Below, one piece after another: positions 7,955 through 18,373 of a DNA stretch of 64,000 nt; the first letter of the stretch is position 1; every line of letters starts with the position of its first letter. The DNA lies in contig WGMA01000016.1 in assembly GCA_016125285.1 (NCBI GenBank), positions 1-64,000 of the forward strand, written 5' to 3'. This stretch comes from Phycisphaera sp. GTDB taxonomy: Bacteria; Planctomycetota; Phycisphaerae; Phycisphaerales; Zrk34. Under the pieces are notes generated by a model that saw only the letters and a list, made by a program, of their open reading frames with translations, had not been told where the DNA came from and ran no database searches. A program made the translations under genes and the position numbers.

Positions 7955-10120
7955 TCAGAACAGCTTGTTGGGGTTCTCCGCGGCCTTCATCGCGTCGTCC
8001 TTCGTGATCACCCCGGACTGCGCCAGCTCCTTGAGCGAATCGTCCATCAGCTTCTGGCCCTGCTTGCGTCCGGTCTGCATGACCGACGGCAGCTGGAACG
8101 TCTTGGAGTCGCGCACGAGGTTGGACACGGCGGTGTTGACGTAGAGCACCTCGAGCGCCGCGACGCGGCCGGAGCCGTCGGCCCTGCGGACGAGCTGCTG
8201 GGTGATGATGCCGCGCAACGCCTCGGAGAGCATCGTGCGGACCTGCGCCTGCTGGTCGGACGGGAACACGTCGACGATGCGGTCGATCGTGCGCGAGGCG
8301 GACTTGGTGTGCAGCGTGCCGATGACGAGGTGGCCCGTTTCGGCGGCGGTCATCGCGAGCGAGATGGTCTCGAGGTCGCGCATCTCGCCGATCATGATCA
8401 CGTCGGGGTCTTCACGCAGCGCGGCCTTGAGCGCCGCGGCGAAGGTCTTGGTGTGGATCGGCACCTGCCGCTGCGTGACGTTGCAGTTCTTGGACGGGTG
8501 GATGTACTCCACCGGGTCCTCGACGGTGATGATGTGGTCTTTGCGGTTGGAGTTGACCAGGTCGACCAGCGCCGCGGCGGTGGTCGACTTGCCGCAGCCG
8601 GCGGGCCCGGTCACGAGCACCAGGCCCTGCGTCCACTCGGTCAGGCGGCCGAGGCTGGCGGGCATGCCGAGGTCGTCGAGCGTGGGGATGGTCTTGGGGA
8701 TGATGCGGAAGATGATCGACGGGCCGCGGAACTGCATCAGCGCGTTGACGCGGCATCGGCCGAGTTCGTCGCCGCCGTCGAACGAGAAGTCGAGGTCGCG
8801 GTGGCGCAGGAACTGCTGCTGCTGTTCGTCGTCCATGAAGCCGAGCACCATGCGGCGGGCGCGGTCGGGCGTCAGCTGCGGGGCGTCGAAGAAGTTCAGC
8901 TCGCCGTTGTGGCGCATGAAGGGGCGCGACCCGGCGGTGAGGTGAAGGTCGCTGGCGCCGGCCTCCACCGCGGCCTGGAGAAACTGCCGCGCCTCGGGGT
9001 CCAGGTCGTTCGGCGCTACCTCGCACTCGACACGCGGCTTATCGTCGGCCGCCTCCGGCACGCCCACCTTTGACGCCAGCGGCGCGATCGGCTTGGGCGC
9101 CACGAGCTTCGGCCCCTCGGGCTTCGGACGCGCGTCCGGCGAGATCGACGCCGAGCTGTCGAAGACGATGATCTTCTCGGTCGGCTCGCTGTCGTCGAGG
9201 TCGATGGCGTCGAGGTCTTCCTCCTCGCGTTCGATCGACAGCAGGTTCTCCTCCGCTTCACCGACCATCCGCGTGTTGGCGTCCTCGGTGGTCTGCGAGG
9301 TCCACTCCATCTCGCCGACGCGCTTGCGTCGCGCGGCGCCTTCGGCTTCCTCTTCGTCGGTCAGGTCGATGTCGTAGTCGTCGCCGTCCTCGTCCTGCAG
9401 CTCGACGACATCGGCGTCTTCCTCGAGGGCGTCCATGCTGATCGCGCTGCCGCCGGGCGCGGACGGCGCGGCGGTGGGCGGCGGCGGTGGGGGGGCCTTG
9501 GGCTTCGGCGGTGGCGGCGGTGCGGGATCGTCCTCAAGGGCGTCCATGCTGATGGCGCTGCCGCCGGGCTTGGGGGGCGCGGTCGGCGGGGGAGGCGGCG
9601 CGGCGGCCTTCCGGGGCGGAGGCGGCGCGCTGGCCTGCGGCGCGGGCGCGGCGTTGTCCGGCCACTTGCCGAGGATCAGGCGGAGCCGAGCCTTGATGTT
9701 GTTCGCCATGTCCTCCCGGACGTAGCCCTTGTCGATCAGGATCTTGTCGATCGGCACGCCGGCGTTCTGCTTCTGCAGCTGTTCACACTCGGCCCACTGA
9801 TCCTTGCTGATGACCTTGCTCTGCAGCAGCATCATCTTCAGGACCTCGACCTTCGCCGCGGAGCGCAGCTGGACGATGGTCTTTTCATCGGCCAGGCCGT
9901 TGTTGTGCAGGATCGTCTCGATCTGGATCTTCGCCCCGGCGTCGTTGTACGCCTTGTGGATCGCGTCCCAGACCGGTCGTTCGAGAATCTTGTATTTCAG
10001 CAGGACGTGCTGCCAGACCTGTGCGCGCGTCGCGGCAAGGGCGGCCTGTTCACGTTTCAAGCTTTCAGGAGAGGGACTCAAATCCGCTTCCTTTGAATCA
10101 CCACCGGCCCGAGCGTTCAC
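7955..10120 (-). CDS. PilT/PilU-family ATPase with a roughly 370-aa N-terminal extension (helical repeats, poly-Pro and acidic disordered region)
   Basis: The PilT core is very similar to that of 6177-7829: GPAGCGKSTT, REDPDVIMIGEMRD and AVSNLVRDSKTFQLPSVMQTG. The N-terminus carries T2SSE_N-like helices, PPPPP tracts, a duplicated GGSAISMDALE[DE]D motif and long D/E runs. The start (GTG 10120) is uncertain. Confidence 0.8.
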   Translation of the reverse strand: MNARAGGDSKEADLSPSPESLKREQAALAATRAQVWQHVLLKYKILERPVWDAIHKAYNDAGAKIQIETILHNNGLADEKTIVQLRSAAKVEVLKMMLLQSKVISKDQWAECEQLQKQNAGVPIDKILIDKGYVREDMANNIKARLRLILGKWPDNAAPAPQASAPPPPRKAAAPPPPPTAPPKPGGSAISMDALEDDPAPPPPPKPKAPPPPPPTAAPSAPGGSAISMDALEEDADVVELQDEDGDDYDIDLTDEEEAEGAARRKRVGEMEWTSQTTEDANTRMVGEAEENLLSIEREEEDLDAIDLDDSEPTEKIIVFDSSASISPDARPKPEGPKLVAPKPIAPLASKVGVPEAADDKPRVECEVAPNDLDPEARQFLQAAVEAGASDLHLTAGSRPFMRHNGELNFFDAPQLTPDRARRMVLGFMDDEQQQQFLRHRDLDFSFDGGDELGRCRVNALMQFRGPSIIFRIIPKTIPTLDDLGMPASLGRLTEWTQGLVLVTGPAGCGKSTTAAALVDLVNSNRKDHIITVEDPVEYIHPSKNCNVTQRQVPIHTKTFAAALKAALREDPDVIMIGEMRDLETISLAMTAAETGHLVIGTLHTKSASRTIDRIVDVFPSDQQAQVRTMLSEALRGIITQQLVRRADGSGRVAALEVLYVNTAVSNLVRDSKTFQLPSVMQTGRKQGQKLMDDSLKELAQSGVITKDDAMKAAENPNKLF

Positions 10121-10253
10121 CGCGGAAATGGCGCGTACGCAGTAACTTCCGCAGTATAGACACGCCCACGAATTGCGCCAAGGTGACCCGGCGGCCGCGA
10201 CGCCCCGTCGTAGACCGCCGGCCTCCCCGGTTTATGTCGAGCCTGCCGCAGCT

Positions 10254-11030
10254 TCAGAGCGGATCGCTCTCGTCGCCGCTGGAGGCCTCCTCGCCGCCGA
10301 GCTCTTCCTCGTGTGTCGAGCCGCCGTCCTCCTCGTCGTCGAGTTCCTCCTCGATGATCGAGTCCTTCTCGGTTTCGGTCGTGACGGCGGTGAACTCCAG
10401 CAGGCGGTTGATGCGGCGGCGGACCAGGAACAGCAGGGGCACGTGCGGGATGCGACGCAGCTCCTGCCGGCCGGTGGCGCTGTAGACGATCAGCGTGCCC
10501 GCGCCGCACATCAGGAACTCCAGCAGGTCGGGGTACGTCGTGCGGACGCGCTTGGCGCCGCGGGCGAGCGAGTCGTCGGCCCGGCCGAACGCGTAGTGTT
10601 CAAACTCGTTGTGCGAGATCCGCCAGCGGTGGTTGATCCGCACCCACACCATCATGATCGCGAACGGGATCGCCAGCAGGATGCTCAGCGCCATGCCGAA
10701 CCCCCTGTCGTAGTGGGCGTTCAGGCCGTCGAAGAAGTCATACATCGCCTTGAAGACCATGATGTCGTACGCGTCGCTCAGCCAGCGTCCGGCGAAGAAC
10801 AGCAGGCCCGCGATCACGACCCACACGAACGCGTAGTTGCGCTCGACGTCGACGCTGATGGTCATGATGACCGCCAGCATGATGAGCAGGTAGGTCCACC
10901 CGATGAGCGGGATCTGCGGCAGGAAGTACAGCAGCGGCCCGGCGACGATCAGCGGCCACGTGAACAACAGTTTCGGGTAGGTGTAGAACGTGACCGCTTC
11001 GCGGTCCTTGCGGGGTTTGTGTCCTGCCAT
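10254..11030 (-). CDS. Hypothetical integral membrane protein with an acidic C-terminal tail
   Basis: ORF trimmed to ATG 11030, which a GAGGAG RBS precedes. There are about four hydrophobic helices, a soluble domain, and a tail EEELDDEEDGGSTHEEELGGEEASSGDESD. I did not recognise a family. Confidence 0.6.
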   Translation of the reverse strand: MAGHKPRKDREAVTFYTYPKLLFTWPLIVAGPLLYFLPQIPLIGWTYLLIMLAVIMTISVDVERNYAFVWVVIAGLLFFAGRWLSDAYDIMVFKAMYDFFDGLNAHYDRGFGMALSILLAIPFAIMMVWVRINHRWRISHNEFEHYAFGRADDSLARGAKRVRTTYPDLLEFLMCGAGTLIVYSATGRQELRRIPHVPLLFLVRRRINRLLEFTAVTTETEKDSIIEEELDDEEDGGSTHEEELGGEEASSGDESDPL

Positions 11031-11220
11031 CGGATCGCTCCTCATGAGTGAGGGACTCGCCGGTTGCGCGGGGCGCTCGGCGGGGGGTTCACGTGGCCTG
11101 TGTTATCGATCGATCGTCGCCACAGGTCAAATCCACAACGTGTGTTTGTGATGATTTTAGGTTGGCGGGGGGTGGCGTCGACGGCAAAAGGCCTACGCGG
11201 ATTCACGAACGTGGCAAGGC

Positions 11221-14200
11221 TCAGCCCGACCCGTCCGGCGGACGCCGACGCTCCACCAGCTGACGCAGCTGCGGGATCAGCCGCCTGAGCAGGTCCAGCA
11301 GGTGTTCGATCGACTCGGGGTGCTCGACGACGGCGTGTTCGTCGGCCTCGATGCTGCGGCTCACCGCCTCGGCCTCCTTCGACCCGAAGATGCCCAGCGA
11401 CCCCGCCAGCCGATGCACGAGGCGGTGAACCGACTCGGTGTCGCCGTCTTGCACCGCCCGGCGCAGGTCGTCCGAAACCGCTTCGCTCTCCTTCGCAAAC
11501 AGCTCGACGATCTCGGTCAGCAGCCCGTGGTCGTCACCGGTGCGGTCGAGCACCTCGTTGAGGTCGTAGAGCACGGCGCCGTCACCGTCGCCGTCACGGT
11601 CGTCTCGCCCCGTGCCGCTGGTCGACCTGTCCCGGTCGCCCCGAGTGGTGTTCGTCGGATCGTCGGGTTCGCTCGTCACGCTGCGCGCCAGGGCGTCGCG
11701 CAGCGTGTCGCGCCGGATCGGCTTGGACAGGTAGTCGTCCATGCCCGCGTCGATGCACCGCTCGCGGTCTCCGGCCATGGCGTGTGCGGTCATCGCGATG
11801 ATCGGGACGTGCTCGCCGGTCTGACGCTCGGCGACGCGGATGCGACGCGTGGCCTCGAGGCCGTCCATCTCCGGCATCTGCACGTCCATCAGCACCACGT
11901 CGTAGCGCGTCGCGCCGCGCAGCGCCGCCAGCGCCTGTCGGCCGTTGCCCGCGACCGACACGCGATGGCCCTCGCGCTCCAGCAGGTGCGTCGCGACGAC
12001 CTGGTTGGTCACGCCGTCTTCCACGAGCAGGATGTTGAGCGAGCGCACCGCCGCGTCGCGCCCGGTCTCGTGTGACGTGGGGGCCTGGAGCTCCAGCGTT
12101 TCGGCGATCGCGTCAAACAGCTCGGACTGTTTGACGGGCTTGATGAGGTACCGACGGATGCCGACCTGCGCGAGGCTCGCGGTGTCGGCGAAGCGATGTG
12201 CGGAGGACAGCATGATCAGCCGCGTGCCGCGCAGGTTCGGCGTGTCCTTGATCCGGCGCGCCAGATCGAAGCCGTCCATGCCGGGCATCATCGCGTCGAG
12301 CAGCGCCAGCGGGTAGGGATCACCGGCCTCGGCGGCGCGGGTCAGCTCGGCCAGCGCCGCCGCACCATCGGCGACGACGGTTGGCGCCATGCCCCAGTTC
12401 TCCACCAACTGCTTGAGGATGCGGCGGTTGGTTACGCTGTCGTCGGCCAGCAGCAGCCGCACGCCGTCGAGCGACTCGTGCCGGTGGGCGGGTTGTTTGT
12501 CGGCGATCTCGAACGACGCGCTGAAGTGAAACGTGCTTCCCACGCCGACCGTGCTGACCACGCCGAGCTGCCCGCCCATCATCTCCACGAGCCGCCGCGA
12601 GATCGTCAACCCGAGTCCCGTGCCGCCGTAACGCCGCGTGGTCGACGAATCCGCCTGGGCGAACTCGTCGAAGATCCGCCCCAGGTGCTCGGGCGCGATG
12701 CCGATGCCCGTGTCGCGTACGGTGAACTTGAACGTCGCGTGATGGTCGTCGCGCGACTCGTTCGCCACGGTGACGACGATCTCGCCGCGCTCGGTGAACT
12801 TGATCGCGTTGCCGACGAGGTTGACCACGACCTGCGCCAGCCGCGGCGCGTCGCCGATCAGCACGTCGGGCACGTCCGGCGGGATGTCGTACGCCAGCTC
12901 CAGCTTCTTCTCCGACGCACGCGACCCGAGCATCTGCAGCGTGTTGCCCAGCAGGTCGCGCAGGCCGAACGGCTCGGCGTGCAGCTCGAACCGACCGGCC
13001 TCGATCTTCGACAGGTCCAGGATGTCGTTGATCAGGTCGAGCAGCGACATCGCCGAACGCTCGAGCATGTTCAGGTATTCCTTCTGAGCCTTGTCCAGGT
13101 CGCTGTCGCTCAGCAGCTGCGCCATGCCGATGATGCCGTTGATCGGCGTGCGGATCTCGTGGGACATGTTCGCCAGAAAATCGCTCTTGGCGCGGTTGGC
13201 CTGCTCCGCGGTGGTCTTGGCGATCTGGAGCTCCTGCGAGGCTCGCTCCATCGCCTCCTGCGCCTGCTTCATCGCGGTGATGTCGATCGAGTACATGATC
13301 ACGCCGCCGATCTCGCCGTCGGCGTCGCGCCACGGGCGCACCTCCCACATCAGCCACTGCACCGTGCCGTCGGGGCGCTCGAAGCGGTCCTCGTCGCAAG
13401 TCTCGGTCGCCCCCGCCAGGCAACGCTGGTGGATCTCCTTCCACCGGGCCGGCACCTCGGGGAACACGTCGTAGTGGCAACGCCCCTCCAGCGACCGCAG
13501 CGGCAGGCCGTAGTCCACCAGCCACTGCTCGGAGTGGCAGATGTAACACATGTCCCGGTCGAACATCGCCACGCCGACCGGCGCTTCCTTGACGAACTGC
13601 TCGAGCGTGTCGGCGGTCGCCCGAAGCTCCTGCTCGGCCTGGACGCGCTTGGTGATGTCCGTCGCGATCCCCGCCACCGCGTAGATCTTCCCCTCGTCGT
13701 CGCGCAGCGGGAACTTCAGCGACAGGTAATTCCGGAGCCCGTCGTCGTGCGGCATCGTCAGCTCGGACTGGATCGTCTGCCCGTTCGCCGCGACCTGCTG
13801 GTCCACCAGGAACGCCTCGGCCAGCTCCGCGCGGAACAGGTCCCGCGCCCGGCGGCCGTGCACCTGGACGTTGGTCAGCCCGAACACACGCTCGAACTGC
13901 CTGTTTACGAGCGTGAAGCCGTGGTCGAGGCTCTTGATGTAGACCACCGCCGGCATGAAGTCGATGATCGCCTTGAGCTGCTGCTCGCTGCGGGTGCGGT
14001 CGGCCAGCGCCTGCTTCTGCGCCGTGATGTCCATGATCACGCCGTCCAGCCAGCCGACCTCGCCCGTCAGGTCGTCGTGGATCGCCTGTCCCGACTCGCC
14101 GACCCAGCGGATCGAGCCGTCGGCGTGGACGATGCGGTACTCCATCGAGTAGGGCTCGTCGCGGTCGACGTGCTCGCGCACGATGCGGTCGACGCGGTCG

Positions 14201-15471
14201 GTGTCGTCGGGGTGGATGACGCTCTCGAAGGATCGCACGCGGTTCGACACGAAGTCGGACGCGGGGTAGCCGGTGATCTGCTCGATGCGGTCGCTGAGGT
14301 AACGCATCGTCCATTCTTCATCGAGGTCGCAGCGGTAGACCGCGCCGGGAATGTTGTCGACGAGCGTGCGGTACTGCCGCTCGGATCCGGTCAACGCCTC
14401 CTGCGCGACGCGGCGTTCGGCGGCTTCGCGTGTCGCCTCCGCGGCCTTCTGCTCGGCCTCGGTGCGCGCGGCGACGACCGCGGACTGCTGGCGGTGGAGG
14501 AACCCCGCGACGATCAGGCCGCCGATCGCCACGACCAGCCCCGCGACGATCACCTCGATCAGCGCCTCCCGCAGCGGCGCGTACGCCAGCGCCTCGGGCT
14601 GCTGGGCGACCACCGTCCACCGCTGCCGCGCGTAGGTCACGGGCATGAAGCTCGCCAGCACCGGCTCGTCGAGCCGCGGGTCGACGTAAGTGAGCGTGGC
14701 GCTCTTGCCGAGCGACGCCTGGATCTTCGGTTGCGTCGCGTACACGTCGTTCAGCAGCCGCGGGTCGCTCTCGTCGGGCGCGATCGCCGAGTGCCCGATC
14801 ACCAGGCCGCGCCGATCCAGCAGGATCACCTGCACGCCCTCGGCGATCGGCAGGTCAGACAGACGACGCGTGAACGTGTCGAGCCGGTACTGGTAGCACA
14901 GCACGCCGTGCACGCCCTCGTCGTCACGCACCGGCGTGGCGACGGTCACGACATAGGGCTGCGGCGCGGCGCGGCGCTGGTACGGCTCGGAGACGTACTG
15001 CGACCACTTCTCCGACACGCCGCGGAACCAGTCGCGATCGGAAAAGTCGACGTTGAGCGATTCGGGCGCCGCGGGGTAGTCGCACCACAGCACGCCCTTC
15101 TCGTCGGTCACGAACGCGCGGTCGACGTCGTCGTATGACTCGACGAGCGTCTGGAGCTTCGTGCGCAGCCCCGCGGCGTCGTGGCGGCTGACCATGTCAA
15201 TGAACTCGTCGGAGCCGGTGTAGATCGCCGCGTGCTGGCTGAGGTAGGACAGGTCGTTGGCGACGTACTGGCTCGTGAGCCGCGCCGCCGCCTCGCTCGC
15301 CGCCAGCGCCTGCGCGCGGATCGTGTGACTGACGATGACATACGCCGACCCGCACAACAGGAACACCGGCGCCATCAGCAGAACGACAAACACATAAAAC
15401 CACCGACGCGGACGGTTGTTGTCGCGTGTCTCGGCATCTCCACCACGTGCATTACCCTGCGTCTCTGACAA
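11221..15471 (-). CDS. Hybrid sensor histidine kinase (Cache-like sensor, multiple PAS, HisKA-HATPase, two receivers, HPt)
   Basis: 1416 aa. It has an N-terminal TM, a periplasmic region and a second TM, followed by several PAS/PAC modules. It also has the H-box [14 protein letters not shown], ATPase boxes DTGIGI / [13 protein letters not shown], receivers with [11 protein letters not shown] and [12 protein letters not shown], and a C-terminal HPt ([11 protein letters not shown]). Confidence 0.9.
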   Translation of the reverse strand: MSETQGNARGGDAETRDNNRPRRWFYVFVVLLMAPVFLLCGSAYVIVSHTIRAQALAASEAAARLTSQYVANDLSYLSQHAAIYTGSDEFIDMVSRHDAAGLRTKLQTLVESYDDVDRAFVTDEKGVLWCDYPAAPESLNVDFSDRDWFRGVSEKWSQYVSEPYQRRAAPQPYVVTVATPVRDDEGVHGVLCYQYRLDTFTRRLSDLPIAEGVQVILLDRRGLVIGHSAIAPDESDPRLLNDVYATQPKIQASLGKSATLTYVDPRLDEPVLASFMPVTYARQRWTVVAQQPEALAYAPLREALIEVIVAGLVVAIGGLIVAGFLHRQQSAVVAARTEAEQKAAEATREAAERRVAQEALTGSERQYRTLVDNIPGAVYRCDLDEEWTMRYLSDRIEQITGYPASDFVSNRVRSFESVIHPDDTDRVDRIVREHVDRDEPYSMEYRIVHADGSIRWVGESGQAIHDDLTGEVGWLDGVIMDITAQKQALADRTRSEQQLKAIIDFMPAVVYIKSLDHGFTLVNRQFERVFGLTNVQVHGRRARDLFRAELAEAFLVDQQVAANGQTIQSELTMPHDDGLRNYLSLKFPLRDDEGKIYAVAGIATDITKRVQAEQELRATADTLEQFVKEAPVGVAMFDRDMCYICHSEQWLVDYGLPLRSLEGRCHYDVFPEVPARWKEIHQRCLAGATETCDEDRFERPDGTVQWLMWEVRPWRDADGEIGGVIMYSIDITAMKQAQEAMERASQELQIAKTTAEQANRAKSDFLANMSHEIRTPINGIIGMAQLLSDSDLDKAQKEYLNMLERSAMSLLDLINDILDLSKIEAGRFELHAEPFGLRDLLGNTLQMLGSRASEKKLELAYDIPPDVPDVLIGDAPRLAQVVVNLVGNAIKFTERGEIVVTVANESRDDHHATFKFTVRDTGIGIAPEHLGRIFDEFAQADSSTTRRYGGTGLGLTISRRLVEMMGGQLGVVSTVGVGSTFHFSASFEIADKQPAHRHESLDGVRLLLADDSVTNRRILKQLVENWGMAPTVVADGAAALAELTRAAEAGDPYPLALLDAMMPGMDGFDLARRIKDTPNLRGTRLIMLSSAHRFADTASLAQVGIRRYLIKPVKQSELFDAIAETLELQAPTSHETGRDAAVRSLNILLVEDGVTNQVVATHLLEREGHRVSVAGNGRQALAALRGATRYDVVLMDVQMPEMDGLEATRRIRVAERQTGEHVPIIAMTAHAMAGDRERCIDAGMDDYLSKPIRRDTLRDALARSVTSEPDDPTNTTRGDRDRSTSGTGRDDRDGDGDGAVLYDLNEVLDRTGDDHGLLTEIVELFAKESEAVSDDLRRAVQDGDTESVHRLVHRLAGSLGIFGSKEAEAVSRSIEADEHAVVEHPESIEHLLDLLRRLIPQLRQLVERRRPPDGSG

Positions 15472-15675
15472 TCGCCATACCCCCAGGCGAGTACTCCCCC
15501 ATGGTCGACCGGATCACAGTTGTGTCCGACGGACCCCGATACGAATAGACCTGCTCCCATTCAGGATATAGACGCGCGTCGTCGCAGACAATCGTGGGGA
15601 ATGTCCTTTTGAATTTATTAAGGCGTCAATATGCACAGCAATCTCCTGCAATCGCGCAGCCGTGACCCGCGGCCC

Positions 15676-16710
15676 TCAGCCGTGAATCGCTTCGCCGCCG
15701 ACGTCAGCCAGCTCGTTGTATATCTCCGCGAACACGTCCTGGGCGTCGTTGAACGCCTCAACGATGTCGGGGTCAAAGTGCTTGCCCGACTCGGTATTGA
15801 TGATCTGGCACGCCCGGGCGTGATCGACCTCATCCTTGTACACACGCTTGGAGCGGATCACGTCGTACGCGTCGGCGAGGGCCACGATCCGAGCCGCCAG
15901 AGGAATGCCGGTCTTACGGTCGCGTCCGGCGCGTCCCTCCGGGTAGCCCGTGCCGTCGAACTTTTCATGATGCGACAACACCAGGTCCCGCGCCATCGAC
16001 AGGAACGACGCGGCGGGAAACCGTTTGATCGTCGTATCCAGCACCCGCGCCCCGCGCACGGTGTGCTTGGTCATGATCGCAAACTCCTCGGGTGTCAGCT
16101 GCCCGGGCTTGAACAGCACGCGGTCCGGCACCGTCACTTTGCCGATGTCGTAGAGCGGACAGACCTGCATCAGGATCAACCGGAACTCCGCCGTCACCTC
16201 GTTGATGTATCGCGGGTGCGTCGCCAACTCCTCGGCCAGCGTCATGCAGTACCGCCGCACGCGCTCGAGGTGGTTCGAGCCAGGCCAGTCACGCGCCCCG
16301 GCCAGCTTCGCCAGCGCGAACACCATCGCGTCCCACGACTCGGCCCGCGCGATCCGACGACCGGCGTTGAGCCGCAGCCGCAACTCGTCGTCGTTGAACG
16401 GCTTGATGATGTAATCGTCCGCCCCGGACTCCAGGCCAACCCGCACGTGGTCCGGATCGCGGTGACCCGTCAGCAGCACGATGTAGGTGTACGTGTGACT
16501 CTCCCGCGCGCGCACCGCCCGGCACAAGTCCACGCCGCTGACGCCCGGCATCTCCCAGTCCGCGAGGATCACGCGGAACGGGCGCGTGCGCAGAACCTCC
16601 AGCGCCTGGGCCCCGTGCTGCGCGACGGTGACCTTCCAGCCCCACTGCAGCAGCCTGGCCCGCAGCAGCGCGCGCGTCGTCGTGTCGTCATCAACGACCA
16701 GAATCTCCAC
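15676..16710 (-). CDS. Response regulator with HD-GYP domain (c-di-GMP phosphodiesterase, RpfG-like)
   Basis: The receiver is canonical (VVDDD, ILADWEMPGVSG, LLTGH, IIKP). It is followed by HD-GYP signatures (YDIGK, SHHEKFDGTGYPEG). Confidence 0.9.
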   Translation of the reverse strand: MEILVVDDDTTTRALLRARLLQWGWKVTVAQHGAQALEVLRTRPFRVILADWEMPGVSGVDLCRAVRARESHTYTYIVLLTGHRDPDHVRVGLESGADDYIIKPFNDDELRLRLNAGRRIARAESWDAMVFALAKLAGARDWPGSNHLERVRRYCMTLAEELATHPRYINEVTAEFRLILMQVCPLYDIGKVTVPDRVLFKPGQLTPEEFAIMTKHTVRGARVLDTTIKRFPAASFLSMARDLVLSHHEKFDGTGYPEGRAGRDRKTGIPLAARIVALADAYDVIRSKRVYKDEVDHARACQIINTESGKHFDPDIVEAFNDAQDVFAEIYNELADVGGEAIHG

Positions 16711-16798
16711 GATACCCCCTTCCGAACAACACGTAGCCCTTTGATGTCCGAGGCTTTACTATAACCGCATTGGGCGGCGTCCGGGAAGAAAGGCGCGC

Positions 16799-16826
16799 AA
16801 AAAAGCCCGGGTCGTCGGACCCGGGC
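16799..16826 (-). terminator. Rho-independent terminator of the 16857-18128 gene
   Basis: On the minus strand: GCCCGGGTC-cgac-GACCCGGGC followed by TTTTTT. The stem is a perfect 9 bp. Confidence 0.75.
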
Positions 16827-16856
16827 CTCGTTCGATATCCACCGTGTCGGGTCGTC

Positions 16857-18128
16857 CTACTGCTTGACGTCGAAGCAGAAGAACAGGTCCTGGTCACGCA
16901 GGTACAGCTTGCCGTCGCTGATCACCGGGTGGACCCAGATCTTGCCGCTCTTGCGGGGCTTGTTGGTCTTCGCGGGCAGATTGAGGCGGCCGTGCTCCTT
17001 CCAGCCGTCCTTGCTCGCCTCGATCAGCACGCACGTGCCGTCGCTCTCGCTGTACAGGTACAGCATGCCGTCGGCGTAGGTGCACGAGCCCTTGCCCAGG
17101 TCGCGCGAGCTCCAGATCATGTCGCCCGACATGAAATCCTGGCAGACCCACGCCGAGTCGTTGTGACCGTAGAGCTGCTCGCCCACGCGGACCACGCCGC
17201 CGTGGTGGTTCTTCATCGTCTTGTTGTCGTAGACGATCTCCGCGGACTTCGAGTCGTCGGCGATCTTGATCAGCATGCAGCCCTGGCCGTAACCCGACGT
17301 GATGTACACGTGACCGTTGTGGTAGATCGGCGTAGGGATCACCGCCGTCTTGCCGTGCCACGGCACCGACCAAAGCAGCTTGCCGTCCTTCGCGTCGATG
17401 CCGTTGACGCTTTCGACACGCAGCTTGACGTACTGACGCTTGCCGTTGTGATCGATGGCGATCAGCGACGAGTAGTGGCCCGCGTCCTTGAAGTTGTCCG
17501 ACTTCCAGATGATCTCGCCGGTCTTCTTGTTGAACGCGTAGCAGGGCCCGTTGCCGCCGGCGGTGGCGACCACCTGGTCGCCGTCCACGAGCGGCGACTG
17601 CGTGTAGCCCCAGCCCTCGGTCTTGCCGCCGAGCTTGTTGAGGTCCTGCGTCCACAGGCTCTTGCCGCTCGTCGCGTCGATGCACGCCAGCTCGCCCTTC
17701 GAGCCCATGCAGTACGCCTTGCCGTCGTCGATCGTCGGCGTCGAACGCGGGCCGTCGCCCCAGTTGTTGTCGTAGTGCGAGCCGACCGGCGTCGACCAGA
17801 TCATCTTGCCGTTCGACGCGTCGAGGCAGTGCAGTTCCTCGCCGTTGCCGCGGTCGGACATGATGTAGATGCGCCCTCCGACGACCGACGGTCCCGCGTG
17901 CCCGATCCCCAGCGTGTCGATCTGCCACACGAGCTTCGGGCCGCCCTCGGGCCACTGCTTGAGCAGTCCGGTCTCCGACGAGCGGTCGGTGCGATCCGGC
18001 CCGCGCCACTGCGGCCAGTCCGCCGCCATCGCCGCCGACGCCAGCGCGAGCGCCGCGCCGGTGATGATCATGCTCGCCGTTCGCGTCGCCCACGGCGTCG
18101 CTACGTTCTTACCTCGCGCGTTGGTCAT
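16857..18128 (-). CDS. Secreted PQQ-like beta-propeller repeat protein (BamB-family fold)
   Basis: 423 aa with a signal peptide (..ALALASAAMAADWPQWRG). Repeated motifs include G.IY.., DG.LY and W-rich blades. A GAGGGA RBS is present. Confidence 0.8.
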   Translation of the reverse strand: MTNARGKNVATPWATRTASMIITGAALALASAAMAADWPQWRGPDRTDRSSETGLLKQWPEGGPKLVWQIDTLGIGHAGPSVVGGRIYIMSDRGNGEELHCLDASNGKMIWSTPVGSHYDNNWGDGPRSTPTIDDGKAYCMGSKGELACIDATSGKSLWTQDLNKLGGKTEGWGYTQSPLVDGDQVVATAGGNGPCYAFNKKTGEIIWKSDNFKDAGHYSSLIAIDHNGKRQYVKLRVESVNGIDAKDGKLLWSVPWHGKTAVIPTPIYHNGHVYITSGYGQGCMLIKIADDSKSAEIVYDNKTMKNHHGGVVRVGEQLYGHNDSAWVCQDFMSGDMIWSSRDLGKGSCTYADGMLYLYSESDGTCVLIEASKDGWKEHGRLNLPAKTNKPRKSGKIWVHPVISDGKLYLRDQDLFFCFDVKQ

Positions 18129-18373
18129 GCTGCGTGTCCCTCATCAATCGTGTTGGTGGTGCGTGCCGGTTCCAAAGTGTCGGCAGATTATACCGTCGTC
18201 ATCGCCGCCGGGTTCGAGTATTCATAGGCGAAAGGGGTTTTTGGTCAGATGCTTTACATGCGGTGGGCTGGGGTTGATACTGAACAGGTCCACATGGGGC
18301 CGGCGATCCACTCGACGCGCCCCCGTTCCGTGGTTCACAACGTCCTGTCCAACCGCCCAAAAGGGGGTCGCAC

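Noticed and set aside
9435-9725. A Gly-rich plus-strand ORF (GGGGGALGFGGGGGAG..).
   Set aside because: It is the antisense reading of the poly-Pro linker of the 721-aa PilT paralogue, because CCN codons read as GGN on the other strand.
6900-10120. Claiming that the PilT N-terminal extensions are bona fide c-di-GMP-binding MshEN domains.
   Set aside because: When I align on the central Gly, the helices keep the hydrophobic spacing but lack the leading R-L-G signature of the published 24-residue motif. I report only a T2SSE_N-like resemblance and leave ligand binding open.
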